Source: Felis catus | Lineage: Eukaryota | Assembly: GCF_018350175.1 (NCBI RefSeq) | Contig: NC_058382.1 | Coordinates: forward strand, 48,796,001 to 48,860,000 | Reading direction: 5' to 3' | DNA: 64,000 nucleotides | Translations under genes and position numbers: made by a program | The notes under the pieces: model-generated | What the model was told of the DNA's origin: nothing | The model's input: only the letters and a program-made list of their open reading frames with translations | Database searches by the model: none | Shown: in pieces, positions 37,327-50,419 of the stretch | Layout of the letters: every line of letters begins with the position of its first letter | Position numbering within the stretch: the stretch's first letter is position 1

Positions 37327-38418
37327 CACCAGAAAACAACCTTGGTAATTACCCTATTCTGGTCTTTCAGAACACTGGTTTTTGCCTGTTATATTTGACA
37401 CAATAAATTTTATATATCCATCTAATGAAATCATAGTGTATATGAATGATAAATGTTTATTTATCAACACAGATGATCATCTAAATTTTCTTTTTTTATT
37501 GTGTTTCTAAAAAAACTTTTTTAAGGTTTATTTATTTTTGAGAGAGAGGGACAGAGCACAAGCGGGGGAGGGGCAAAGAGAGACAGGGAGACAGAGAGTC
37601 CAAAGCAGGCTCCAGGCCCTGAGCTGTCAGTGCAGAGCCTGATGCAGAGCTTGATCTCATGACCCTAAGATCATTACCTGAGCCAAAATCAAGAGTTAGA
37701 CGCTTAACCAACTGAGCCACCCAGGTGCCCCTAATTAAGTTTTTAAAAAGCATTTGAAGATTTTATATGGTTCCATTTTTTTAAAAAGGTATAGGGGCAC
37801 CTGGTGGCTCAGTTAATTGAGTGTCTGTTGTTTCAGCTCATGTCACAATCTCATGGTCACAGGATCAAGCCCCTCTGAGGTTTTGCACTAGGTGTGAAGC
37901 CTGCTTGGGACTTGGGATTCTCTCTCTTCTCCCCCTTTACCCCTTACCCAACTGCACACATGATAAAATAAAAAATAAAGTAGCTATTAAAAAAAAAAAG
38001 GTATGGGACGCCTTGGTGGCTTAGTCGCTTAAGCGTCTGGCTCTTGATCTAAACTCAGGTCACGATCTCACGGTTCATGAGACTGAGTCCCACATCAGGC
38101 TCTGCGCTGACAGCGTGGAGCCTGCTAGGGATTCTCTCCCCCCCCCCCACCTCTGCCCCTCCCCTGCTCGTGCACCTCTCTCTCAAATAAATAAACATTA
38201 AAAAAAAAGGTATAGCTATAGATATGTAAGTTTACATAAAAAAGTCTAGAAGTCTCTAAATGTTAGTGAGGGGTGGAGACTACAAATGATTTTTATTTTT
38301 CCTTGTTTTCTAGCTTTTCTAAAATAAGCATGTATTACTAGTATAGTTTTAAAATAATAATATGATTTTTAAAAAATGGAATATTAAAAATGGGATAGAG
38401 TTGTATCAGGACACATAC

Positions 38419-38511
38419 GGCTCAGCAAGCATCAAAGGCAATGCATTCTCTTGTATCTTGGATGGACGGTTGAAGCCCATGGCATAGACTCCCTGGAGAA
38501 GCTGTGGTTTC
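38419..38511 (-). CDS. DDX19B: DDX19B exon 5 (Q motif; ENALPLMLAEP)
   Basis: 93 nt, TAG acceptor, GTATGT donor. Confidence 0.96.
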
Positions 38512-38827
38512 CTAGGAAAACAGTTAAAGATGAAAGTCACTGTCTCTTTGGCTGAGGAAAGAAGCCAAATATCTGAGGGATTTCTTTTTCTCTTTCTTAC
38601 TGTTGTTACACACATTTTATTTACAACTAACAATACTTGAATTATGTGAAATTGAGCACAATTCACATTACCTGGCAATTTTACTTAATAGCCCAAAGCA
38701 GCTAAATTCTTTTATTAAACTTGTGTTAGCTAAAAATGTTCTGCTGTGATGAAAAATACATATATAATAGGACTAGGATCTCTATCTAAACACAAAGGGG
38801 AGAGTCAGAAAGTAAACAAATACTCAC

Positions 38828-38963
38828 AGCCGAAGCTCCTCAAAGGACTTCACAGAGTAGAGCGGGGAACTTGGGTCCCGCTGCAGGACTTCCACTTGGT
38901 TCGTGTTATCGACAAGGTTGCTTCTGATCAGCTTGTTGAGTAAAGACTGGGCAGCTCTGTCTT
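38828..38963 (-). CDS. DDX19B: DDX19B exon 4
   Basis: 136 nt, CAG acceptor, GTGAGT donor. Confidence 0.96.
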
Positions 38964-39683
38964 CTGTCAGGAAAAAAAGAGCAAAGAATTTTATTTTATT
39001 TTTTATTATTTATTTTATTTTTAATTTTCATTTTTTTGAGAGCAAAGAATTTTAAAAGGCCATGAAATCCACCATGAATTCATCTGAATTTACTTGCCAT
39101 TGGCATTTTAAGCAGTAACATGTATTTGTGCTAGGACTTTATCATGTAATTCGGCCTCATATCCCTCTCCAGGATCTATTCCAAACAACTCTTCTTTCTG
39201 GAGGTTATCTATTCTTCCTATGTGTACCTAAGTATTTACTCCCCAATCTATGCTCAATAGAAAATTAAAAATTATTAGCTTAACAAACACATCACAGCAA
39301 TAGGAAAAAAACCCCAGAAATTAACAAAGTTTATATTTTGATATCATATACGCTATTTCTATCTTGTTATCTACGTTTAATATGTCCAAATATCATTAAC
39401 TTTATTAGACAATGGGGATGCAACTTAAAATTTCTTTTATAATACCCTGTACAAGATAATCATTCAGGGAATATTTCCTGCTGCTGGAGTCCCATCAGTG
39501 GTTCAAAACAAAATTTCCCTAAAATGTAAACAATGAAAATTCTTTCAACAACTATGTTGAACTTTTATTAGCACTGTGACTCCCATTAAAGTCAAACCAA
39601 GTTGGGCATAAAAACAAAGCCATGTAACAATCTATTCTCTTAAGACTGTAGAACCTTGTGGGTATAGCTCTAGGCTGTGTTAC

Positions 39684-39737
39684 CTTTCTCTTCTTCATCT
39701 GCCTTCTCTGAATTAGCATTGGTCTTGACAACAGCAC
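39684..39737 (-). CDS. DDX19B: DDX19B exon 3 (AVVKTNANSEKADEEEK)
   Basis: 54 nt, AAG acceptor, GTAACA donor; frame consistent. Confidence 0.93.
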
Positions 39738-40635
39738 CTTTATCAGACACAAAGTGGCCGTCATTCAGTATCACATCCCATACCCAACAGCTGAGACAAT
39801 TCAAATTCTATGAGACACTAGAAATGTAAAGGCCTGGGGAGCAGAAAAATAAATGAGGAAACCAAGCCACAGATAAAAACATTTTATTGTTCCTAAATAA
39901 ATAAAGGTATGAAACAATGTTTCTAACATTTCAATTCTTTCCTATTCCAAGTCCTCTCACTATACCTCAAACAAATGTGACTTTCCTCATATCATCAATA
40001 TTTCTGAAATGTTATAGAAAGATGATCACAGCAGGCAATGATCACAAACCACCTTGATGTTCAACAGAGGAAATCATATTTCATCAATATATACACGCTA
40101 TAATGCCATTAGGAATCTATGTATATAAACTATTGATTAATAGAAATGCATATTCAAACAATGTTGTCGTTATCAAAAAATATACAGAAAAAGATTGTAA
40201 GTAAATTTGGAATGAGGTTAATGTTTCTATTCCCTCCACCCCGCCAGTAATTTTAAGTACATCAACAAAAATTTAATGGATTTTTGGTAGATATGATTTT
40301 AGATAATGACAATAGTTTAATTCTCAGGTTGCTCATACTTTGCCTCTCTCATCTCAAATTGAGGAATATTTTGAAAAAACAACAAATAATCTTTGGCAGT
40401 ATATTCTCATGGACAGCAATCAATTTGATCATTTATAAGTCAATTAGGCATCCTCATGCTTATATTAAGGACAATACAAAGCAAAACAGTCCAGTTTAAT
40501 TCCCAAATCAAACAACTGCCAGTATCTGTCAGGCCCCTTCCTGGTACATATATAATTTTTTTTCCAGACAGTTGTTATGTCACAGCAGAAATACTAAAGG
40601 AAATCACATGTGCTTTCAAACTAGCTTTTACTCAC

Positions 40636-40684
40636 CATTGGCATCTGGTTTGATTTTCTCTTCCTTAAGATGCAAGTTGCTCAA
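40636..40684 (-). CDS. DDX19B: DDX19B exon 2 (LSNLHLKEEKIKPDANG)
   Basis: 49 nt, TAG acceptor, GTGAGT donor. Confidence 0.95.
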
Positions 40685-43600
40685 CTAAATGGAGAATACG
40701 GAGAGGGGGGGAAAGTGTCAGGAAAATCACTTAAAAGATTGTGAATCAACAGAGCCTCCCCAATGAAGCTAGGGAGAAATGAGCCACACTCAAGACCTAT
40801 TCATTAGGTTGTTCTGCTGGGCTCCTTTTGTTGACTAAATGAGTGAGAATAAACAAAATGTCCCATAAATACAGCAATAGAAAAAACCTGGTTACACAAC
40901 AGCTCAAAATCCACACCTCCTAATTATAATCCCTAGAGAGAATTATAATTTGTGGGTTTGCTTAAGGCCCTTATTACAAAGACTCTCTCAGTAGAATACC
41001 ACTTGAGTTGTCATTCTCTTGTATTACAAACAGGAAATTTTAAAAGATACTGGGAGATGCAGTCACACTTCAGACAGAGAATATCAGGTGGGAGGGCTGC
41101 AATGAAAAGCATCTGTGGGTAGGCATCAGTTATGTTGCAAGATATGTTTGCGCCACAGGACCACAACATGCCAATATGCATCCTCACATTCAAGATTTCC
41201 TTGTGATGGAAGTCTGATATATGTCTATTTTTTTAGTGTTTATTTATTTTTGAGAGAGAGAAAGAGAGCAGAGTGTGAGTGGGGGAGGGGCAGAGAGAGG
41301 GAGACACAAAATCCAAAGCAGGCTCCAGACTCTGAGCTGTCAGTACAGAGCCCAACAAGGGGCTTGAACCCACGAACCACGAGACTGTGACCTGAGCCAA
41401 AGTTGGATGCTTAACTGAGCCACCCAGGTGCCCCTGGAAGTCTGATATTTTAAACAGAAAACAGTCTGGGGCGTCACAGCACACTGTATAATCAAAATAC
41501 CTAGCAATCTGAAGTGGGAAAGCAAAGAATTCAAAAAAAGAATTATTAGGACTTTGATCAAACACTATAAATTAGGCAGGACTTATCTCCTCTATTAGAA
41601 TGAAAATACACTTTTATTTGTCAATTAAACCTCAGTAAAAGCTGGGTGGAAAAGAAAATACCTTAAAGACAGGAATGTTTTTATTTTTACTTGATCTTTG
41701 GATCTAGCAGAAAGCAGGTGCTCTAACCACAAAATATTAAGGGGGCTTAGGACATTATCTAGTGAAGGGTGAAAGAATGAAAATGGCTACTTTTTAAGAA
41801 TTTGTTTAATGTTTATTTATATTTGAAAGAGAGAGAGAAACAAAGTGTGATGGGGGACGGGCAGAGAGAGGGACAGACAGACACAGAATCCGAGTCAGGC
41901 TCCAGGCTCCAAGCTGTCTGCACAGAGCTCAACTCAGGGCTCCAACTCACGAACCGTGAGATCATGACTTGAGCTGAATTCAGACGCTCAACTGAATGAG
42001 CCACCCAGGTGCCCCGAAAATGGCTATTTCTTAAAAGTGCCACCTATACCAGCAATTCTTTATGTTTTGAGGTTCATTCTGTCTTTCCTCTAAGTCCAAG
42101 AAAGGGGAAAAGCAAGAGAGGAATGAAAATGTTGTTTATTTTGATGGGTGGTTAGTTGGGATGGAGGAACCTCACTTCTCTATTGTTGCTAACTGAAAAG
42201 GGAGTTTCTGGTGTCTCTGTATGCTTTACTGTTAGGGGATGGAGAAGTGGGGGGGGAGGGGGAGGGACACACTGGAGAGACTGGCAAGAAAGGAAATTGT
42301 CATAAAGCAGTAAAAATCCTTCATTAATTCCACATGACAGCAAACACACCAACAGACAGTCAATATGAAGCAGCATATGATGTATGGCACCGTTCAATGT
42401 ATTTGAGTCTTCTCTAAAGCACTCCTCCACACCCTGCCAACAAATCTAGTTCAAGTGTAGTATTCAGGGCTGTGGAGAGGGAGAGGGATACAGATTGGGG
42501 GGCAGGGGCACAGAGACAGACTGCCTGACTTACTGGCAATATTTAAACAGTTAATAGCACTCACTCCTAGGGTGATAACTGCCAGCTACAACAAATGATA
42601 GGGCTGAGGTACAAATGATTTAAGTATTAGAAACATCTATTACCCTAAAGCATTTTAATTATCAATGATAAAAAGAACAAACCATTCTCTTGCTAATATA
42701 TTGTTCAAATGGAAGTTCACAGAGTAAATAGTTAAAATAACTGAAATGCAGGAAAAGTTGGTAGCAACAATGTAAGTGAAATTAACAGATGTATCAGGAT
42801 TCTGGAGAGGTTCCAGCAGAATCTAAAAACATACCCAGGGGGGGCCTGGGTGGCTCAGTTGGTTAAGCATCCCACTCTTGATTTCGCTCAAGTCATTATC
42901 TCACATTTCGTGAGACTGAGTCCCACATCAGGATTTTTACTCACCCTCTCTCTCTGCCCCTCTCCTGCTTGTATGCTCTCTCAAAAAGTAAACAAATAGG
43001 GGCGCCTGGGTGGCTCAGTCGGTTGAACGTCCGACTTTGGCTCAGGTCATGATCTCACGGTTTGTGAGTTCGAGCCCCGTAGGGCTCTGTGCTGACAGCT
43101 CGGAGCCTGGAGCCTGCTTCAGATTCTGTGTTTCCCTCTCTCTGCCCTTTCCCCGTTCATGCTCTGTCTCTCTCTCTCTCTCCAAAATAAATAAACATTC
43201 AAAAAAATTTTTTTAAAAAGTAAACAAAACAAAACAAAACAAAAAAAACCCTCAGCCCTCACTTGGCTATAAGGACCTCAAAGCCTATAAAGCAAGACCG
43301 TGAAGGATGGATTACCCAGTACAGTGTCAGTGAACTGAACAGTGAAATTTATATTAAAAATACAGTTAGTTTAGGGGCATCTGGATGGCTCAGTTGATTA
43401 AGCGGCCGACTTCAGCTCAGGTCATGATCTCGCAGTTCATGAGTTCGAGCCCTGCATCAGGCTCTGTGCTGACAGCTCAGAGCCTGGAGCCTGCTTCAGA
43501 TTCTATGTCTCCCTCTCTCTCTAGTCCTCCCCTGCTCACATTCTGTCTCTCTCTGACTGATTTAATAAATCAACATTAAAAACGATTTTTTTAATACAAT

Positions 43601-45094
43601 AAAAAAATACAGTGAGTTTAGATACCTTCCTTTGCTCTATTTACTTGGACCAAAAAGGAGAAACGATTTTCTGATGCAACTTCATCACAAACCATTTTGA
43701 AATTAACCAAAAAGCAAAAGAACAAAAACATCCACTTTGTAAGATCTACATTCTTTCAATGCCTTTATTATTTGTTTTTAAGATGTGTTAAAATAATTGA
43801 AAATTGTACAGTTACACATTGCACTTTATTCAAAAGCACTTGAGAAAGGATTCTTGAGACAGAAGAAGGAAGATTTAATGTCAAATGAACTATACTGAAT
43901 AGAGATTGTCTTCGGCAAAATGGTGAAGTCGAGGACCTGAGTCATACTTGTCAGTTTTCTAATCTGTTTGCCCTCCTCTAAATTGAAAAGAAGTCTCCAA
44001 CGGAACAGAGGGGAACAGAGTGGAGCCACTGAAGAACAAGGAAATAAATATAAATAGAACCTAATTTTTCTTATCTAAGATGAATAAGGAATGAAGCTTA
44101 ATGAATATTTAAAATACAGTAACCTTGTACTATACACATCACTGTCACCTATGTCACATAGTACCTGTGGTGATCCTCAGCAGCAGTTCCATAAGGCAGA
44201 GGGTAACAGAGGTGTCTTTACTCATTTGCTCAGTGTTAGAATACTGTGATCTAATTTACCTGTGCACGGTTAAGTAGATTCACAAACCTTATCCAGGCTC
44301 AACTAACTAATCCATACAATATGGGCAAGTAATTTAAAAGATTCCTGCAAAGAAACTGTGCATTATAGATAATGATAATAATGGCTATTACGCATGTAGG
44401 ACTTGTAATAGGCATGTCCATAACCCAATGAGGTAACCTGATTATCTTCATTTTACAGATGTGGAAACTGAGGCACAGAAAGGTTAAGCCATTTGCCCAA
44501 GGTCACATAACTAGTAAATGATGGACCCAGAATACAAATCCAAGTCTGTCTGGCTACAAAGGCTAAGGGTTTGGTTTGTTTTTTTAAGTTTATTTTATTT
44601 AGAGAGGGACAGATAGTGAGTGGGGTAGGGGCAGAGAGAGAGAAAGAGAGAGGGAGAGAGACACGGACAGAATCCCAATCAGGCTCTGCGATGTCAGCAC
44701 AGAGCCCATTTAGGGCTCAAACCCACAAACTGGGAGATCATGACCTGAGCTGAAATCAAGAGTTGGATGGTTAACCGACTAAGCCACCCAGGCACCCGAA
44801 AAGCTAAGGTTTTAACCTCTACACAATGGTGCCTCTCATAGATAATACTATTCTCATAGGAAATAATCATTTTAGGGGCAGCTGGGTGGCTCAGTCAGTT
44901 ATGCATCTGACTCTTCCAGCTCAAGTCATGATCTCACAGTTTGTGAGATCAAGCTCTGCGTTGCACTCTGCACTGACAGCACAGAGCCTGCCTGGGATTC
45001 TCTTCCTCTCTCTCTGCCCCTCTCCTGTATGCACTTGCTCACTCTCCCAAAATAAATAAATAAACTAAAGAAAAAAAGAGAAGAATCATTTTAA

Positions 45095-45712
45095 GGATGA
45101 TACAATGGTGCAGCCACTTTGGAAAAAATGCTGACAGTTCCTCAAAAGTTAAACATAGAGTTATTATATAATCCAACAATGCCACTTCTAGGTGTACACC
45201 CAAGAGAAATGAAAATACATGTTCACAGAAACATGTACATGAATGATCATAGCCAGCATTATTCAAAATAACCAAAAAGTAGAAACAATCCAAATGCTCA
45301 TCAATGGACATTGATGAAGGGATAAACAGAATGGGATATATCTAGACAACGTAATATTTTTTGGCAATAAAAAGGAATGAAGTACTGACACCTGCTGCAA
45401 TATGAATGGACCTTGAAAACATTATGCTAAGTGAAAACAGCCAGACACAACAGACCATCTATTGTATGATACCACTTATATAAAATGTCCAGAACAGACA
45501 AATCTAAAGAGACAGAAAACAAGTCAGCAGTTGCCAGAGAAGGGTGGGGAGAACGGAGTGACTAAAGTTTGAGGGAACTTTTTGGAGGTGGTGGAAATGT
45601 TCCACATCCTGATTGTGGTGATGGTTACACAACTGGATGCCTTTGTCAAAATTCACAGAATATGGGTGAGTTTTACTATACGTAAATTGTATCTCAGTAA
45701 ACTTGACTTAAA
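45095..45712 (+). mobile_element. L1M 3' fragment
   Basis: GAAACAATCCAAATG...GGACCTTGAAAACATTATGCTAAGTGAAA motifs. Confidence 0.78.
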
Positions 45713-45959
45713 AACTTTAGAGGGCCAGGGCGTCTGGGTGGCTTAGTCAGTTAAGCGTCCGACTTCAGATGAGGTCATGATCTCACAGTTGTGAATTAGA
45801 GCCCCGCATCGGGCTCTGTGCTGACAACTCGAGCCCGGAGCCTGCTTCAAATTCTGTGTCTCCCTCTCTCTCTGCCCCTCCCTCCCCTGTTCACGCTCTG
45901 TCTCTCTCTTTCTCTCAAAAATAAACATAAAAAAATTTTTTTAAACAAGCAAAAACTTT

Positions 45960-46470
45960 ATAGAAGGCCAGTCCAAGAGATCCAACAGTCAACTAGTAAG
46001 AATTCGTGAAAGAGGAAATGAAGAAAAATAAGGGAGAGAAATCAACAATGAATATTTTTGAGAAAATTTCTCACAACTTAAGGACAAGATTTTCCAGATT
46101 GAAAGGACCCACCCAGTGCCCAGCAAAATGGATGCAAACAGATCCATACCAAGACTTATTAGCATGAATTTGCTGAATAATGGAGACAAACAGAAGATTC
46201 TTCAAGCTTACAAAGGGAAAAACAGGTCACATCAGGAATCAGAATGGTCTCAGACATCTCTATAACCAATAAAGAAATCTAAAAGGCAATGACACAATGC
46301 CTTTAAAATTTGGTAGGAAATTAATTTCCAACCTACAGTTCTACATCCAGCCATATTATCCAAATGATAGGGCAAAATAAGATATTTCCAGAAATTCAGT
46401 AGTATCTTAAAAATACTTACTTCCCATACACCTCCAGAAAGCTGATGGATGGCTCCACCAAATCAAGAAA
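45960..46470 (+). mobile_element. L1 ORF1-like/HAL1-like fragment
   Basis: Reads ENFSQLKDKIFQIERTHPVPSKMDANRSIPR...DKQKILQA, resembling L1 ORF1p. Confidence 0.6.
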
Positions 46471-47348
46471 GATGAGAGGCACCTGAGTGTCTCAGTCAGT
46501 CAAGTGTCTGACTTAGGCTCAGGTCACGATCTGGCTATTACCAAGTTCAAGCCCCGTGTCGGGCACTGTGCTGACAGCTCAGAGCCTAGAGCCTGCTTGA
46601 GATTCTGTGTCTTTCTCTCACTCTCTACCTCTCCCCCCGCTCACTCTTTGTCTCTCTCTCTCTCTCTCTCAAAAATAATAAAATAAACATTAAAAAAAAA
46701 AAAAGAAAGATGAAGAGAGGGGATACAAGAGGAGTGAATCCCCAGAATGAAGTGAAGGGAAATCTGCCCTGTTTTCCTCCAGACCCCAAAATGAGTTCTG
46801 TTCTGAACATAGGGAGAACTAGTCCAAAATGAAGGAGGCTAAAAGATGTGGGGGAAATTAAATTAATAAAATAATGTGTCTGAACATCCTGAGATAATCT
46901 TAGACAATTAGCAAAGAGCTTGGGGTTGAATTGGTGATAAATACAAAGAACATGAAGAAAAAATGCAAGGCAATTATAAATTCCAAGGAAAAACAGAAAG
47001 TTTTAGAGGAAAGTAAAAGTATTGATAAGTTACTAATTATAGAAACATGAAATACTGATCTAACTAAAATTACAATATAATGAAAAGGTAGGGAATGGGA
47101 AAGTGTGCATGTGTGGTGGAGAAAGGAGGATGGAGGAAAGAATCAAAATCAGTAAATACCTAAAACTGAAAACTCAAGAACTAGAAAAACAAATGTGTTC
47201 CCTAAAGGGAACAAGGAGGTCAATGATGTAAATCAGTTTCAAGAGAACTATTAGTTGTCTCTGGGGAGGAAAAAATTGGTGGTGGTGGAACCAGTTTTTA
47301 AAACTATTTGACTCTGAATTATGTGCTTATAAATTATTATCAGTTATT

Positions 47349-47562
47349 GGGGCGCCTGGGTGGCGCAGTCGGTTAAGCGTCCGACTTCAGCCAGGTCACG
47401 ATCTCGCGGTCCGTGAGTTCGAGCCCCGCGTCGGGCTCTGGGCTGATGGCTCAGAGCCTGGAGCCTGTTTCCGATTCTGTGTCTCCCTCTCTCTCTGCCC
47501 CTCACCTGTTCATGCTCTGTCTCTCTCTGTCCCAAAAATAAATAAACGTTGAAAAAAAAATT
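47349..47562 (+). mobile_element. Young felid SINE (SINEC_Fc type)
   Basis: Near-identical to the 9660 copy; 18-bp TSD TAAATTATTATCAGTTAT (47330-47347, 47563-47580). Confidence 0.95.
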
Positions 47563-48129
47563 TAAATTATTATCAGTTATAAAAAATAAGACAAAGTCCT
47601 TTTTCTCAAGAGATTCACAGAAATAAGTACTAACAAGTAGGTTCAAAACACTATCAGAACTTAGAGTGTTTAGGTGGGAAGAATGAATTCTACATAGTCA
47701 CGTTTAACTCCTATCTTGTTTACTGTGCATGAGGCCCAGAACAAAAGTTAAGGTGATCAGAAGAGGATTTACTGACTGCTGGGCCTAGTAAGTCGATCAT
47801 TCATTATCACTAAGCATGCTGAGGAAGCACACAAAGATGAGTAAGCCACGGTCCCAGAGTCCAGGAAGTTCAGAATCCGGAGATGGAGAATGACACAAAG
47901 GTGATTACCATCCAAGGTTGGGAGTGGGGAGTGCAGTCTACAATCAGTCTTGATTCAGGGAAGACGGGCAGGCGGCTGAGCTCTTCATCCCTGGGAGCAC
48001 TCACCTGCTCTTATGTAACCCAGGAGGCGGATGGATAAACAAAGCCGCTCAAAGTCCAGGCTTCATTCCCACACGCACTCTACACCCATCCTGACCAAAG
48101 TAGCAACTGTCTTTCCAAGGGAACTGATC

Positions 48130-48460
48130 GTCGGTCAAAACTGACCCCTAACCCTTTTATGGCTGAAGCCAACTCACCGACTCGGCCGCTGCCTCCTGTT
48201 CATCCACCGCCAGGGCCCATGAGTCGGTGGCCATGGTCCCAGGCGCCGGTGGGACGCTGGTGCTGGCGGACTCGCTGGCTGGGGAAGCGCGATCGTGGGC
48301 TCCGTGGGGTCGCAGCAAGCCCCGCTCCGGCCCCACAGAGGGGGAAGTCATTCGCTTTGGCGGTGGAGACCGGAAGCGGCGCGCCACAGTGACGTCGGAG
48401 TCCGCGCCGGCTCTCCCCTCGCCCACTTCCAGCTGCAGCTTCCGTCGCTTTCGGACCCCC
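48130..48460 (-). promoter_or_regulatory. DDX19B: DDX19B CpG-island promoter
   Basis: CpG-dense; ETS motif ACCGGAAG 48369-48376; CRE-like TGACGTCG 48390-48397. Confidence 0.85.
48178..48234 (-). CDS. DDX19B: DDX19B coding exon 1 (MATDSWALAVDEQEAAAES)
   Basis: ATG at 48234 in ACCATGG context, 57 nt, GTGAGT donor; AAAES is DDX19B-type; adjacent to AARS1 as expected from synteny. Confidence 0.96.
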
Positions 48461-50419
48461 ACCCTTACCTCTGCTTAGCTCACGTTTTCTTATCTAATGT
48501 CCAGAAACACAGACTGAGGTAGGTAGTTGTCTGAAAACACCTAAACTTCTGCCAACTGGCTCTCCAACCCACGAGCAAAACCACATTTCCGCCCAGCACG
48601 CTGCCACAGCAGCTCACATAGATTGAATGTATCAAAACAGCCATTACAGATACAGTAGTCACCAAAATGCATATTGAAATAAGGAGATCTTCAGGTTGTC
48701 ATTTCAGTACCCAGGTGTTAGGAATCAGCCATATCAAACGCCATTTGGTTAAAAATTTGGCAGACTAAAAGAATTACACCTTCAAAAAGACTCTAGGAAG
48801 GTGCTAGGGAAATGTGTTCCAGGTAGAGAATTGAAACAAGAAAGAGCAAGGAGGTTTGTGTCTGAAGGACACAATTTCTTTCAACTTCTGTGAGTACTGA
48901 CAAGAGCCAGGGATGAAATTGGTAGGAGATAGATGCAAAGGGCCACGCAAAGCAGCTTGAGGAGCAAATGAGTTCATTCCAGGAAACTCTTCCCTATCTG
49001 GCATGACTTTTGGAGTTAGCTGTGCCTGGTTGGAATCCCAGCTCTCCCGTTTAAGAGTTGAATGAATGGGAGAATTTTTTAAAGAAAAAAATATCTTGGG
49101 CTTTTAGAAGAGGTAAAATAAGGATTAAGTGTGACACACACTTTTTCCCCTAACTGGAAACAAACAAGGTCCTCTTCCCTTATTACTTCACTAGAAAGAA
49201 GCTGGCATTTTCCTGCAACCTGAGAAAACGAATCCCCATTTCTCTCTCTTTGCCAATATTCCACTTCAGTAAATTAATTTCAAGCAGTAGCAGGCTGTAG
49301 AATTTTACCTGTAGAGTATGAGTAAGAATGTTCAGGAAATGGTAAAGTATTTCTAGGCAATACCCTATTTGCCATGATTCTTTTTCTTCTGCACCCTTTA
49401 GGGTTAATTTGGTGAAGTTTTTTTGGAAATCTATAGGTGAGGATGTGCAAAAAGAAAAAGGCAAACACATCCAGGGAAGACATGACCTACATCTCATCAT
49501 GTCAGAAGCAATCTTGAGAAAATTTTGCCAGCAAAATTAAATTGATCACAGGGCTAAAGGAGGTTAACAAATTGTTTTAAAGTATAATGAGATTAAAAAC
49601 AAATCCAAAGTGTAGGACTGTATATAATAGGATACACTTGTGCAAAAAAAAAAAAAAAAAAAACACCTCATATATGCTTGTACATACTATAGAGAATGAG
49701 ATACAAAACTGCTAACAGTGCCTGCTTCTAGTGAGGGGCTCTAGAAATCTGGGGTGGGAGAAGACTTACTTTTCGTTGTGTACACTTTATCCTCTGAAAT
49801 TCATTTTCCATGTGCATGTTTTCTTTTTAAAGTTGTGAGTATTTCAGGCAAGAAGGGGAATAATACAATAAACATCTAGATTCCCACCTACGGCTTAATA
49901 AGTAAAACAGTTAACATTCGATTGAAGCCCCCTGTATAGCCATCCCAAGAGACAGCAGCTCTCCTAAATTTGGTGCTTATCTTTCCCATAAATGCTATTA
50001 GCATGGGTTGCTTTTCTCTATTAAGAAACAACCCCCAAACTTAATTAGCATCAGGATTCTAGACTCTGTCACCATCCCACACACCAGCACAATGGGAGGC
50101 AACTGCTAAGAAGCAAACTGGTTTCCAAAGTGGTGCATAGAGAGAGGACCCAGGGTCATAAGAGCAGCTGGATTTGAATTCAGCCTCTTGGCATTTACCC
50201 GCATGTGACCTTAGGCAGCCTCCAACTCCTCCGAAATTATGGTAAGTACCCACTGCACGGTTCAATTATTCAACTAAGGCTTTTGGCCCAGTGGCTGGCT
50301 TATGGCGAAAGCTTGACACATATTAGCTATAATTACTATTCCTGCCCCTCCAGGGGTGAGAGTGAGGAACAAGCCTAAATGTGTTAAAAAGGGTCTCATT
50401 TCTAACCTCAAAGATACTC

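Larger units (their letters stand above)
33157..38208. mobile_element. Carnivore SINEs in DDX19B introns: ~33157-33351, 33971-34150, 36295-36478, 37794-38000, 38005-38208 (+); 35760-35962, 37518-37731 (-); nested pair 36640-37030
   Basis: SINE heads and tails. Confidence 0.85.
41228..46705. mobile_element. Carnivore SINEs in DDX19B intron 1: ~41228-41434, 41800-42015, 44578-44797 (-); 42838-42995, 42998-43205, 43374-43590, 44875-45080, 45727-45935, 46477-46705 (+); MIR ~44400-44560
   Basis: SINE motifs; MIR core CATTTTACAGATGTGGAAACTGAGGCACAGA. Confidence 0.85.
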
